From the NCBI RefSeq assembly GCF_006345805.1, contig NC_043014.1, positions 37,696,001 to 37,760,000 on the forward strand: 64,000 bases of DNA, in the 5' to 3' direction. Each line of letters begins with the position of its first letter. Within the stretch, counting starts at the first letter, position 1. Of the stretch, positions 13,269-27,279 are shown piece after piece. The notes below the pieces were generated by a model. The model had not been told where the DNA came from, ran no database searches, and saw nothing but the letters and a program-made list of their open reading frames with translations. The DNA is from Octopus sinensis. Its lineage: Eukaryota. The position numbers and the translations under genes are program-made.

Positions 13269-13725
13269 CTAGCAGCATAGCCCGGCATTGCCCGGGTATG
13301 TAAGAGCCCCTAGTAGGCAACGACTAATCCCAATCTAGTCCTTTCCCTCTAGGGAACGAAGGCGCATGTGTAGGTTGCAATGTCTTCTCTTCACTCGAAT
13401 ACTTCTGTGTATACGATGTTCCTAGCTGTCCCTTTAGGCGAAAACATGAAAACATCATTGCGCCTCCCAACGCGTGAACAGCCCATGTACAGCCCAGAAA
13501 ATAAGTTGCATATAAAAAGCTTAGATTCTCGACCCCATGTCGAATTTATCGATTTTTTCAGAACTGGGCGAACTTTTCAAAATTTTCGCTGTGTTAGTTT
13601 TGAATTATGACATTGGGCTATGTGTGTGTCAAGTTTCATCAGAATCGGTTGAAAGCCGTGGTCAGGGTGAGGGTACAACCTGACAGACACACAGACAGAC
13701 AAACTGCCATTTATATATAGAGAAG

Positions 13726-13726
<1 letters not shown>
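13269..13726 (-). mobile_element. Non-autonomous Helitron
   Basis: Minus strand begins TC, ends CTAG, has subterminal hairpin CCCGG-GCAATG-CCGGG, lies between host A and T without TSD, and contains (CTGT)n. Confidence 0.85.
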
Positions 13727-13771
<45 letters not shown>

Positions 13772-15310
13772 GTGCGTATATGTTTGTATGTCTGTGTTTG
13801 TTCCCCCAACATCGCTTGACAACCCATGGTGGTGCGTTTACGTTCTCGTAACTTGTCGGTTCGGCAAAAATAGACCGATAGAATAAGTACTAGGCTTACA
13901 AAAAAATAAGTCCTGGGGTCGATTTGCCCGACTAAAGGCGGTGCTCAAGCATGGCCACAGTCCAGTCAAATGACTGAAACAAGTGAAAGAGTAAAGAATA
14001 TAGGTTTAAAGTTTGATCATTTTTACCCAGTCAGAAAATAGGATTTGGAAGTTATTTTGTGCGTCACTGCATTGCGATGATAGCACGTGTTTTAAATATC
14101 AAACTGTAAACAGATGAAATACTGGCGGAATTCTCTTTTACGCACGCGAAATATCCCCTCATAACTTATTTATATTTTAGAATTTTCAGAAAAATTTTGT
14201 GAATTTGCATTCTACACACGGGAATTCATAAACCAAAATTCGAAAACTTTAAAAGCTATTAAGTCTATATTAATTTATGGCGAAAAATTACTATAAGCGC
14301 AGGAGTGGCTGTATGGTAAGTAGCTTGCTAACCAACCACATGGTTCCGGGTTCAGTCCCACTGCGTGGCATCTTGGGCAAGTGTCTTCTGCTATAGCCCC
14401 GGGCCGACCAATGCCTTGTGAGTGGATTTGGTAGACGGAAACTGAAAGAAGCCTGTCGTATATATGTATATATATATATATGTATGTGTGTGTGTATTTG
14501 TGTGTCTGTGTTTGTCCCCCTAGCATTGCTTGACAACCGATGCTGGTGTGTTTATGTCCCCGTTACTTAGCAAAAGAGACCGATAGAATAAGTACTGGGC
14601 TTACAAAGAATAAGTCCTGGGGTCGATTTGCTCGATTAAAGCCGGTGCTCCAGCATGGCCGCAGTCAAATGACTGACACAAGTAAAAGAGTAAAAGAGTA
14701 AAGAGTATAAACAATTATATCAATAATTACTCTACACAATTACAATAATTGCTATACACAATTATTATTGTGTGTAGTAATTACTATGCACAATTACATC
14801 AAATCTATTGGAATAGAATTGAAGAGACTGAAAAGTGGCAACCAACAAGAAAAACAAAAAACAACAAGTATCTTCTACCATAGACTCGGGCCGACCAAAG
14901 CCTTGTGATTGGATTTGGTAGACGGAAACTGAAAGAAGCTCGTCTTATAAGCGGATCTGGTTCATAGAAACTAAAAGAAGTCTTCTCTGCGCGTGCGTGT
15001 GCGTGCGTGCGTGTGTGTTGTGTGTGTGTATTTGTGTGTGTATGTATATTTGTGCGTGGTCCATCTTTATCCCCCAACCCACCGCTGGACAACCGGTGTT
15101 GATGTGTTAATGTCCGCAGCGGTTCGGCAAAAAGACCGATAGAATAAGTATCAGGCTTGAAAGACAAGTACTGGAGTCGACTAATTCCATTAAAAGTCTT
15201 CAAGGCAGGTGCCCCAGCATGGCCACAGTCTAATGACCGAAACAAGCAAAAGAAGACATGTGTCACTCCTGATGTAGAGTTTATTAAAGAAATTTAAGTG
15301 TCGATATACC

Positions 15311-15910
15311 TATTTTTTTTTACTATCCACAAGAGGCTAAACACAGAGAGGACAAACAAGGACAGACAAACGAATTATATCGACCCCAGTGCGTAACTGG
15401 TACTTATTTAATCGATCCCGAAAGGATGAAAGGCAAAATCGACCTCGGCAGAATTTGAACTCTGAACGTAACGGCAGACAAAATACCTATTTCTATTTCT
15501 TTACTACCCACAAGGGGCTAAACACAGATAGGACAAACAAGGACAGACAAACGGATTAAGTCGATTATATCGACTCCAGTGCGAAACTGGTACTTATTTA
15601 ATCGACCCCGAAAGGATGAAAGGCAAAGTCGACCTCGGCAGAGTTTGAACTCAGAACGTAAAGACAAACGAAATACCTATTTCTTTACTATCCACAAGAG
15701 GCTAAACACAGAGAGGACAAACAAGGACAGACAAACGGATTTAGTCGATTATATCGACCCCAGTGCGTAACTGGTACTTAATTTATCGACCCCGAAAGGC
15801 TGAAAGGCAAAGTCGACCTCGGCGGAATTTGAACTCAGAACGTAACGGCAGACGAAATACTGCTAAGCATTTCGCCCGGCGTGCTAGCGTTTCTGCCAGC
15901 TCGCCGCCTT
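15311..15910 (-). mobile_element. SINE family B trimer
   Basis: One full unit plus two head-truncated units; whole array bracketed by the 17-bp direct repeat ttaagtg(t/c)cgatatacc (15294-15310, 15909-15925). Confidence 0.88.
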
Positions 15911-16257
15911 AAGTGCCGATATACCGGCCTAAGAATAAATACATTATCCAATAAGTCTACCACGCGTTTGTAAACAGCTGGGATGTTATAAGAGAGAGGC
16001 TTGTCTGCAGCTTCTGGCGACCGAGTTACGAACTACGAAAAAGCTGTCTCGTAAGGTCAAACGAGTGGAGACGAGAGACGTGTTAAGTGAACTTTCGGGT
16101 TCAGAAACTGTGGCTAAAGCCTATGACTGTCGCTTCTGTAATTTGTGTTGAGGTCAAAGTATCTCAAATCAGTCTCCCGTCCTCTCTTCCCCCTCTCCTT
16201 AATAGTTTGTTTGTTTGTTTGTGTGTGTGTGTTTGCGAAACTGTGTAGAGGCCTATA

Positions 16258-16308
<51 letters not shown>

Positions 16309-16557
16309 GTATGTATGTGTTGTGTCCGTGTTTTCGTACAGATTTGAGAGAATATATATTAAAAAAAAAAAAACATGTTTCGACTTAATAGTTGTCTCTA
16401 TTGAATGATTGGTGTGTGTGTGTGTGTGGTGTGTGTGTGTTTCGGGAGGGAAGAAATCATTACTTAGGTTACTGAGTACAAAATTAAGAAAGACATTTGC
16501 AAAATAATGATAGAGTGGGAAAAGGAGATGAGGAGGGGAAATATAAAGTATATCACG

Positions 16558-16617
<60 letters not shown>

Positions 16618-16989
16618 CACACGCGCACGCACACACATACACACACACTCTCACACACACGCACACCCAGGCACAAATACATATATGCGTATGTGTGTGT
16701 GTGTGTGTATATGCATATATATTTGTAGATGCATGTATATTTGAGGCATTCCAGTGTAGATATTATTGCACTCAGTAAAACCAAGTTACTTTGGTGAAAG
16801 TTCTTTTAATGAGCTTGAAGAAGATTATGCCTTCTGGAAGGGCTAAGAGAGTGTAGCGCTAGCATGATGTCGGCCATTTTGTAGGGAAACAGGTCTACTA
16901 TATAAACTGGCTGTGATAGCAACAGGCCGATGTCACTTCGTATTCTCATTACAGAGAGTCACAGTCTTAGGTTACTGAATGTCTAGTTA

Positions 16990-17240
16990 AGCTTCGTCTC
17001 TGATCGGCAAAACAAAATCGCTTCTATCGAGCGTTAAATCAAAACACTAAGTAACATACCCAAACAAGACAAAGTAATCCAAAGGACGATTTTAATGTCA
17101 GTGTAAAAAGAAATATAAATTCCTGGTGTCAAGCGACAGGGAAAAACTGATAGCAATGGCAACAAACTTCCTTCTCTGTCCAGAGCATGACCTCACCATT
17201 ACCAATACCAAATTTTACCAGAAAAAAGCAAACAGATGGA
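16990..17240 (+). pseudogene. Decayed RTE LINE AP-endonuclease fragment; partly repeated at ~17910-17995
   Basis: Frameshifted FYRALNQ..SNIPKQDKVI..DDFN..SNG...LCPEHDLTITNTKFYQK, typical of the RTE APE domain. Confidence 0.7.
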
Positions 17241-17277
17241 CGCCAGTTCAAATACTGGCGTCTCGTATCCGGAACGT

Positions 17278-17850
17278 TTGCCGCAGGAAAATTCGCCTCA
17301 GGATTTTTGGCCGTAGGAAAGTTCGCGGCATAGGGAATTTTGTCGCAAGACAAAAGATGAATTGCTCCCTTCGGTATACAATTGTTTCAACCTTTCCGGA
17401 TACGATATACAGGGTGTCCACAAAGTCTGGGTACATGGGGATTAACACATACTTTAAGAAATTATTATTTATTATATTTAATTCTTTATAATATGGTTTT
17501 ATTTACTCCATGTACCCACATGGGGATTAACACATACTTTAAGAAATTATTATTTCTTATATTTAATTCTTTATGTTATGATTTTATTTACTCCATGTAC
17601 CCAGAATTTGTCGACACCCTGTATATATCGTATCCGGAATGTTTACCGGAAACATTTTTGCTACACAAAAAAATATTATCGAATGAATAAAGAGAATTTT
17701 AATGAGTTAAGAAATTACTTTATCCCTTCTTATTGGTTGGAACAATTATCTACCGACGGGAACAATTCCTTTTTTGTCTTGTGGCAAAATATCTTATGCG
17801 GCGGACTTTCCTACGGCCAAAAGTCCTGAGATAAATCTTCCTGCGGCAAA
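17278..17850. mobile_element. MITE with ~115-bp imperfect TIRs containing a nested element
   Basis: ttgccgcaggaa...ttggccgtaggaaagt...aattgtttcaacc is inverted at ggttggaacaatt...actttcctacggccaa...ttcctgcggcaa. Confidence 0.75.
17410..17621. mobile_element. Tc1/mariner-type MITE with an internal ~85-bp duplication
   Basis: TIRs cagggtgtccacaaagtctgggtacatgg / ccatgtacccagaatttgtcgacaccctg; TA on both sides. Confidence 0.85.
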
Positions 17851-19667
17851 AATGTTTGCGGCAAACTTTCCTAGAACCTTGACACCTTATTGTCTACAAA
17901 ATAGGGAGAAATACAAATTCCTGGAACTGATAGCAATGGCATAAAATTTCCTTCTCTGTGCAGAGCACGAACTCACCATTACCAATACCAATTCCCCAAA
18001 GGTGTTTTGTTTTTAGAGAATCTAGGAACCGATTGGGAATAATATGCAAACCACCCATTAATAAGAGATATGTGTTGTTTATTTGTAGCACGGCAATTTT
18101 TTCAAGCGGAATTAAATATGAGGATATCATGAGGTAATTCGAATTCGCTGTGTCTAATTTGATGACCTAGAATGCAGATAATTTAGTAGAAAAGTTGCTT
18201 TCACCATTATTTAGTGTCATAATTGATTTACGAGCAAACAAATTTAAATAAACATGTATTATTTGTCTTGAATTAGTATATGTAACGCCATCATTCAAAT
18301 AGGCGTACGCTCCTTTCAATTAATTTCTACAACTGAGATTGATTATAATGCATTGAAAACACGCAATTCTGTTTATAAGAGAGAAACTAGTACGCTTGCA
18401 CTAAAGCAGTAGACCGCCTGCTACGATAGTAATAATTCAGATATCATTGTAATGTAACGCAACGCAACCTTATCTGGGGTATCTTCTGACGGCTGTAAGT
18501 TCCTAATTGATATGATACCTTCTTGACTACAAGAAAACAGTTTTCAGTTCACTGGAGATTTGATTACAATAGTATAACTCCTTGGACTAACGGTTGGTCT
18601 TCAAGTACGCGCTACGTAAGCCGATAGTATTAAAAATTGCATGAAGATATTTTCTTAACTATATCGTTCGTCTAAGTTAGGCAGTGAATAAGCTAAAGAG
18701 GTAAACTTATTAATAGCTTCAGAGAAATTAACCACTAAGTTCCTTTTGCGTTTATTGTTAATCGCATGTACTTCTACTCATTGAAGTGCATCACGTGGTT
18801 CGGCAATGTCTTTTGCGTCATCCTATTCAATTTGCCAAAGAGCAAAACTCCTAGTCTGTTTGTGAGGGGTGACCCGAATTCAAGTGTAGCAAACAGATGT
18901 TTGTTCAAAAAGAAATACCTAATGTTTGAGCAGCAACCTGCTAACAAGAGGAAATGCATTTGGGAGTATGGGTGATCTTTTATTTTTACGTCTAATTCCT
19001 AATATTCCCTGAGTTATGATACCAGTTTAACTAAAGTCATCGATATTACAAATCATAGTTTTTAGTTGGCAACCTTTAGTTATACCAAACTTAATCAGAG
19101 TTAGAATTTTTGGAACTACCCTTGTTTGCGAGTCTCTTTAGAAAAGTTCCGTGAACAGATCAGTCAATGATAAAGTATTTTTTCTTTCTCTTTTTTTCTT
19201 TAATGCGGAAAGTATATTGAGAAATGTCGCAGAAAATAGAGGCACTCGATGGTTATCTCGAAAATCTACAGACATTTGGACGGTGTTCTTTTTTTTTCTT
19301 ACGCGTGAATCAAATAGTATCGTAGGATGGGCATTGGGTTTGATCATTTCATGAAAAATTCCCGCGAGGCGCAGCAAAGAACTGAATTGTTTCATTCCGA
19401 ATTTTGATTTTTTTTCTGGCTTTTCCACTGAAAGTTACTGTTTGATTTTCTACTTGAAGAATAGGATTATAGGTCTGAGTATCTTCTATGGCTATTACCA
19501 AGTTATGAACCTAATGCACGGCTGAAGTTAGCGGCTCTAGTGTTGTTTTCTAGAAGCCTGATTTGTACACGGGCAAAATACATTCCGCTATAAATGAGTC
19601 ACGTATATTTTCAACGCTTGCTATGTCGGCGACGACATGTCACAGCCGGGCTTCTGAAAATATTTTG

Positions 19668-19755
<88 letters not shown>

Positions 19756-19758
19756 TCT

Positions 19759-20057
19759 ATAATTATAAGCATAATTATAATTAAGGTTCAGCAAAACTTG
19801 CTTCACCACATACCGAAATTTAGAAATAGCAGTTAGATACTATTTCACTACCAAAAGATATCTCTCAGTCAGTAATACTCTCAACTCACGCAGGTAAACA
19901 GAAAAAATAGAATTCTCTTTACCTGCATGAGTTGAGAGTATTACTGTCTTGGAGATGTCTTATGGTAGTGCAATAGTATTTAACTGCTATTTCTAAATTT
20001 CGGTGTGTGGTGAAGTAATTTTTGCTGAACCCTAATTATAATTATGCTTATAATTAT
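19759..20057. mobile_element. Fold-back (palindromic) element with ~145-bp arms
   Basis: aattataagcataattataatta...gcaggtaaa is mirrored by tttacctgc...taattataattatgcttataatt around a short spacer; lies between TA tracts. Confidence 0.8.
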
Positions 20058-20167
20058 TGACTTCATGTATAAGGTTACCGATAATGGTTCTTTTAACATA
20101 CCGAACTACTTGGTAAAATTATTAATTATCAATTGATTAATTAATTTTACCCATTATTATTATTATG

Positions 20168-20214
<47 letters not shown>

Positions 20215-20215
<1 letters not shown>

Positions 20216-20487
20216 ACGGGAAGCTTTATGAAAATAAACAAAAGACGAAGGCAGGTGGAAAACAAACGAACAATTGTATTAGTATGGCGCTCAGGAAATA
20301 TAAATAAAACAAGTCTTTAACGTTTCGAGCCTACGCTCTTCAACAGAAAGATACACAGAGAGAGAAAAACACAGAAAGAAGGAGAGAAAAAAATGCGTGC
20401 AGTAGCTAACGAATCAACATGGCGATCTGATTTCGGCCAGAGGTCAAAGATCAAACATGAGACGCGAGAGCGAAATAAGAGGAGATA
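20215..20487 (-). mobile_element. Solo terminal repeat of the Penelope-like element; hammerhead-like motif at 20314-20351
   Basis: Nearly identical to 9888-10160; flanked by (TA)n. Confidence 0.9.
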
Positions 20488-21613
20488 TATATGTATATCA
20501 AAGTATTTCAAGGTTGATTGTTGCTTGTACTCTTGTATTACATTACGACTTCATTTGGTAGTTGAATGACAACGTTACGACTTCACCGTAGGTAGTGCAC
20601 TCAGAAGTAAGTCTTCGAAATTTTCTGAACATTTTTGGAATTCCAGATAAAAGTCAATGGTTGTTTAGAATGTAGCTTTATAACCTTGTAGCGTTATACA
20701 TCACAAAGACAAACAGCTAATACTTACAGGTGTGTGACATCTCAGGAACTGTTGGTAACACATTGAGTCTTTCAGATCTTCATCTATTTTTCATACCTAT
20801 TAAAGGCTAAATTTCTTTCGAATTACACCCTGTTGTCTTAAATAAGGATAGACACATTGGATAATGTAGTCCAAACAGGTAATACGCCTTTGATTATAGG
20901 CCTTCTTGATCAATTCAGCAAGGGACACGCTGAAATAGTAGCCAGATTACTAAGTGTTGAATATGGGGCTGAATCAGTAACAAAGTGTTTCTTTTGGCAA
21001 TTTAACTCTTTGGCATTGAAACTGGTCATATCAAGCCCAAATATTCCACCTGTTTTGTGTCCGAGCTGAACAGATCAGGCTTCTCATCACTACCCAGCAA
21101 TGTCATTCTAAAAGTAATCACATTACTGAAATCTGAAAGCTATGAGATAATGCATGATTAATTCGAAGCAATTTGAATGAATAAGGATTACATGTGATGG
21201 AGTAATCTGAACGCTAAAGGGTTAAGGGACAACACCCGAGTTGTGTCTGCAGTTCTGTCTTTTATCGATTGTGATGAACAGTTTAATTGCAGCAATAATG
21301 TGATTCCAGCAGTTTAAGATTCAAAGATCTATTTTTTGTTGAGAAATGAATGAGTAATGAATCAGTTTTACGTTTTACTTGTTTCAGTTATTGGATTGCG
21401 ACCATGCTGGGGCACCGCCTTGAAGGGCTAAGTCGCTAAGTCGAGCCAGTTGACCCACACACTTATTTTTAAGTTTGGAACTTGTTCTATCATTTTCTCA
21501 TTTGCCAAACCGCTAAGTTAAACAAACGGGAAACACTAACATACACACACTCACTCACTCACTCTCACACACACACACACACACATATATCGTATAGGTC
21601 TCTACACAGTTTC

Positions 21614-21816
21614 GGGCCGTCCAAGAATTTGGACCTGGAGATCTCCATTTCCAGCGACTTCGAGGGCCATCTCCCAGTGGTGTCGGGCGCCAACGAAGAG
21701 CCTTCGACTACAACAAGATGACCAAAGTTTTTTTTTCCAAGGTCTGGAGTCTCCCGTCCCTAAGCCCTACACCATCACCTAATCACCCTTGCCCGTCTTG
21801 TTGCTTAACAACAACA
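21614..21816 (+). mobile_element. 5'-truncated non-LTR retrotransposon 3' end with (AAC)n tail, inserted in an old family-A SINE
   Basis: 10-bp TSD acacagtttc (21604-21613, 21817-21826). Confidence 0.75.
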
Positions 21817-22274
21817 ACACAGTTTCAGTGTACTAAATTCACTCACAAGACATTAGTCGACGCGGAGCTATAGTAGAAGACACTTGCTCAAGTTGTTACG
21901 CAGTGGGACTAAATCTGAAATCTCGTGGTTACAAAACGAACTTCTTAACCAAACATCTATTTAACCTAGACTAGCGACAAGGTATAAATATGTGATGGTT
22001 ATTCTTTTATTCTTTTATTTGTTTCAGTCATTTGACTGCGGCCATGCTGGAGCACCGCCTTTAGTCGAGCAAATCGACCCTAGGACTTATTCTTTGTAAG
22101 CCTAGTACTTATTCTATCAGTCTCTTTTTGCCGAACTGCTAAGTTACGGGGACTTTAACACACCAGCATCGGTTGTCAAGCGATGTTGGGGGGGGGGGAC
22201 AAACATACACACACATACATACACACACACACACACACACAACACACACAAACACACACACACACAGGCACACA

Positions 22275-22314
<40 letters not shown>

Positions 22315-22323
22315 CATACATAC

Positions 22324-22375
<52 letters not shown>

Positions 22376-23227
22376 GATGCGCTTATTTCAGTTTCTGTAT
22401 ACCAAATCCACTCACATGTCTTTGGTCGACCCGAGGCTATAGTAAAAGACACTTTCCCAATGTGCCACGCAGTGGGACTGAACCCGGAACCATGTGGTTG
22501 GTAAGCAAGCTACTTACCACACAGCCACTCCTGCGCCTAAAATAAACCGACGATGTCTGGATTTGAACTCGGATCGTAGAGGACCGAACTAAATGCTTTT
22601 AGCTCGACATTTTAGTCCGAATTCCCAGTTAAGTGACGAAAAATGATACGATTAGAGATATAGAATTCACTTTAGCTAACAAGAAGAGTGGTTGCAATAT
22701 CCTAATATACCTAATATTATGTTGAAATAGCCTAGAAATATGCTCACAAGGTGTGGTTAGAAGTTTGAAGGTTGTCGCTATATGCTTTTTAGTAGTAAGG
22801 TGTAGAAACATTTTTTTAATTAAAAGAGGGAGCGAGCTGTGACAAGAGGTGTAAGTATATGCTGAGATGCATTAAGAACATGCTTGCATATTTAAAGATG
22901 TGGTTTATGAGCAGAGTTATGTGATTACATGCGTTTAAGCTGTAACTGTAGGTCTAGAAATACAGTTAATATATGTGGAGCATTTAAGCTATTAATGTTG
23001 AGATGTAATATAAAGGAGGAGAACGAGAAGAAAAAATATCGTGCAGCATTGTTAATTCTGTGGAGGCGCAATGTCCCAGTGGTTAGGGCAGCGGGCTCGC
23101 GGTCGGAGGATGGCGGTTTCGATTCCCAGACCGGGCGTTGTGTGTGTTTATTGAGCGAAAATACTTAAAAGCTCCACGAGGCTCCGGCAGCGGGTGGTGG
23201 CTTAACAAGCTGACAGCCTTTGGTGTG

Positions 23228-23433
23228 CAGTAATCCCTCGCCATATCGCGGTTCACCTATCGCGCACTCAGTACATCGCGGATTTTTCTGGCTAATATAT
23301 GTAAGTTTATATCGCGGACTCCTTAGTATAACCGGGTTTCTGCGGCCGATGGGCATTTATATTTTTTAAAGATTTTAATTATTTCTGTGGAAGGTTTTGA
23401 AACGTAACACCTGCGATGGTCGAGGGATTACTG
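23228..23433. mobile_element. pogo/Tigger-like MITE
   Basis: TIRs cagtaatccctcg / cgagggattactg followed by TA. Confidence 0.75.
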
Positions 23434-24084
23434 TATCAATATTGCCTTCCAATATATAGGCACAAGCCTTTAAATTTTGCGAGAAGGGTCTAGTGGATTA
23501 CATCGACCTCTGTGCTTAACTGGTACATATTTTAACGATTCTCAGAGGATGGAAAATGCCGGCATGCTAACGATTTTGCTAACTCGCCACTCTCTTTCAT
23601 ATATTGATATTAGCTAAGATTTAAGGCAACAAGCTGTCAGAATCGTTAACACACTGGGCATAATGCCTAACGGCATTTCGTCCGTCTTTACGTTCTGAGT
23701 TCACATTTCTGCAGCGGTCAACTTGCCTTTCATCCTTTCGGGATCAACAAAATAAGTATCAGTAGAACACTGGTACTTACCCCCTGATGGCAAGCTGGCA
23801 GAATCGTTAGCGTACCGGGCAAAAGGCTTAGCAGCATTTCGTCCGTCATTACTTTCTGAGTTCAAATTCCGCTGAGGTCGACTTTGACTCTCGAGCGAGA
23901 TCGATAAAATAAGTACCAGTTGAGCACTGGGGTTGATGTAATCGACTTTCCCGCTATCCCCAATGAGCAAAGTGTGCTTGCATACCCATGCCTAGTGATA
24001 GCATAGGTAAATGATACTGGTAGTAAAAACGGATATTCTTTTCCCTTAGACGGTTATTCCAACCGCTGACTCTAAATCTCTATA

Positions 24085-24122
<38 letters not shown>

Positions 24123-24658
24123 ATACTACTATCAATTGAAACTAGCGTTTCAATTGATACGATCGATGGAACAGCAGTTGCTCATGAAATTCACGTGCGA
24201 GTAGCTGAGCACTCCACAGATAAGTCTACCCTTGTTCTCAGGGAGATTCACCGTGACACAGAATGGGACAAAGCTGGCACTTAAGAAATACAGGTACGAC
24301 TTATTTTTGCCAGCTGAGTGGACTGGAACAATGTGAAATAAAGTGCCTTGCTCAAGGACACAACGCGTCGCCGGAAACTGATCTAACCATGAAGCCATGT
24401 GCCTTCACTATATATATATATATATATATATAATGGCGGTGCCCCAGCATGGCCACAGCTCGTGAGCTGAAACTAGATAGAATAAAAAAAAAATATATAT
24501 ATATAAAGAAGAAGAAGAAGAAGAAGAAGAAGAAGAAGAAAATGGAGATTAGGAAGTAAATAATTACTTATTATTAACAACAAATTACGTCTGTTTGTTG
24601 TTACACAACCCGTCTTCGTCTTTTGAATTTTTTTTTGTGAATTGTCCCTATATATATA

Positions 24659-24706
<48 letters not shown>

Positions 24707-25669
24707 GTGTGTGTGCGTACATAGATATATGTATATATACGTTCGCAAGTATATATGCATGCATATATGCATGCATATATGTAATTTTAAATTTAAACTT
24801 ACATAAAAACTGCTACCAACATTAGATTAATAGCATATGACATGCAAAATCCTAAGTTCAAACCTTAGCTCATTATATTAAACTATATTTGCAATACAAC
24901 ATGACATTTCATTTGATGAGGTCTCAGCATTTTACTCTCATTACGTCATTAACAAGCATTTCTTAAAAAAAAATTTGTCGTTGCCGTTCTTCTTGATTCT
25001 ATTTACGTTGCCTGCAATTAGAATTCCTCGTGAAATAATTTATAATTGCTGGTCTTTTTGTTTCACAGGACCAAAAACTACATCAAACTTAAATTATCTG
25101 CTGACACTTAAAAACATAAATAAACCATAAGCAAGACTGCTGTTCCCACGCAGAATACATACACATATACAATCAAACGCACGTATTTATATACGTACAC
25201 ACACGCCCATGTATACGTACGCACACACACCTTCGGGCATACTCTCACGTACACTTAGCTGCGCATTACTCGAGGCAAGGCTGTGTGGTTTAAGAAGTTC
25301 GCTTTGAAGTCGCGTGATTCGGGGTTCGATCAAGTTATGTCTTGAACAAGTGTCTTCTTACCATAGCCTCGAGTCACCCCAAACCTTGTGAGAATAAAAA
25401 TTCCATGGTTGTGACGGGGACGGACACAAATGCAAAGGCACGCACACCGTACATATATACATATATACACACATATATACATACACACACACACACACAT
25501 ACGAACATACATAATATATTTATGTATATATTTATATTTATAGTATATATATATATATATATATATAAGTATATATATATAAGTGTATATATATATATAT
25601 ATATATCTATATATATACTTATATATATATATATATATATAGACTTATATATAATTATTATAGTATATA

Positions 25670-25754
<85 letters not shown>

Positions 25755-25756
25755 GC

Positions 25757-25955
25757 TAATCCAAACAAGAAAGCACAAAAAAAACACAACAACGCGAGGA
25801 CGTGGAACAAATATAGTATTATTGGACGCTCGAAAGAAGGAAAGAAGGAGGGTTTAACGTTCGAGCGGAGCTCTTCGTCGGAAACATAGGAGAAGGAAAG
25901 ATCCAGAGAAAGGAAGACAGAGGAAAAAATCGCCAACGGTTACACACGAGGGGTT
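25757..25955 (-). mobile_element. Solo terminal repeat of a second Penelope-like family; hammerhead-like motif at 25852-25885
   Basis: Minus strand GUUU-CCGACGA-A-GAGC(UCC)GCUC-GAAC-GUU-AAAC; same layout as 9987-10024; embedded in (TA)n. Confidence 0.6.
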
Positions 25956-26315
25956 ACATATATTCATATATACTATATATATATATATATAATATATATA
26001 ATATATATATATAATATTATATATATATATAGATTAGAAGGGTTGGAGATGATGTACCGGTATTATATATTAGAAGAAATGAGGTACTCAGAAATCTAGA
26101 TGGCTTTATATTTACAGATATTTATTAGTATGTTACATGTTTTTATAGATCATATATCATATATTAGCGCTTTCGTCCACTCTAGTGGAGTTTTCAAATT
26201 GAACTAACTTTTGCAGGAATTTTGACTCTTTTTATTGTATTATTGATTGTGTAGGGATGGGAAGAGATATAAGATAGTACAAGAGGGTGAGGAATGGGGA
26301 GAAAGTGAGAGAGAG

Positions 26316-26349
<34 letters not shown>

Positions 26350-26850
26350 TGAAAGGGGTGTTAAAGAAAAAGAAGGAAAGGAAGAAGAAGGAGAGAAAGA
26401 AGAAAAAATTTGTTGATATCTTTGCAGTTAGTCAGTCTGTCAATAATAAGCATCTTAGCTTATGAGGGTAGAAATTGATATTAATCAATTAAAACCAGTG
26501 GCTTTGCATATTTAAAAAAATCCGAAGATTAAAAATTATATTACATACAAATTAAGAGGAAAACACACTCTTCGTGGTTAAGCGATTTGACGTCTATCTT
26601 TGGCATAGTAGGATTCCATTTTGGTGGTCATTCCTCTTAATTTGTATGTAATATAATATTCGGATTTTTAAAATATGTTAAAATAAATCAGAAACCATGG
26701 TCCAGGAAATAGATGGTAAATGTTTTATTTTTCATTCCCTTCGAGGATTTATCCCTAATTAGTGGTTTTGGACTCTAGCTGTTCTTTCTAGCATAAAGGA
26801 TTCCTTTGATGGCAACCTCTGTGTTTAAATGTACACTGTATGTTATATGT

Positions 26851-26907
<57 letters not shown>

Positions 26908-27221
26908 ATATGTATATATCACGTGATTACGTGACCGACCAGACCATCAGATGTTGTTACACATCGCTGGTCACAATGCGTTCGCATTGTTTTAGCCTTC
27001 GAATGACGCCACCCCGCTGGCTAAGCGAGCAGGCCAACAGAACAAAGAGTGGTAGAAAGAGTGGTGAAAGAGTACAGCAGGGATCACCACGCCCTGCCGG
27101 AGCTTCGTGGAGCTTCTAGGTATTTTCGCTCAATAAACACTCACGACGCCCGGTCTGGGAATCGAAACCGCGATCCTACGACCGCGAGTCCGCAGCCCTA
27201 ACCACTGGGCCATTGCGCCTC

Positions 27222-27279
<58 letters not shown>

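Noticed and set aside
11941-13320. 459-aa ORF as an intact gene from its listed start
   Set aside because: The first ~20 codons come from the Helitron end and TA tract, and the frame shifts out of RT after motif A.
18100-19670. Promoter or first exon of the TB+TSR gene in this repeat-poor stretch
   Set aside because: Plausible location, but no ATG + signal peptide + phase-1 donor or clear core promoter could be supported from sequence alone.
20518-20565. LLLVLLYYITTSFG as a signal-peptide exon
   Set aside because: Preceded directly by an in-frame TGA with no ATG, and the donor is weak.
23060-23135. Functional tRNA genes at SINE heads (also 28516, 30624, 55368 and family A heads)
   Set aside because: A/B-box-like motifs run straight into SINE bodies and lack a proper acceptor stem.
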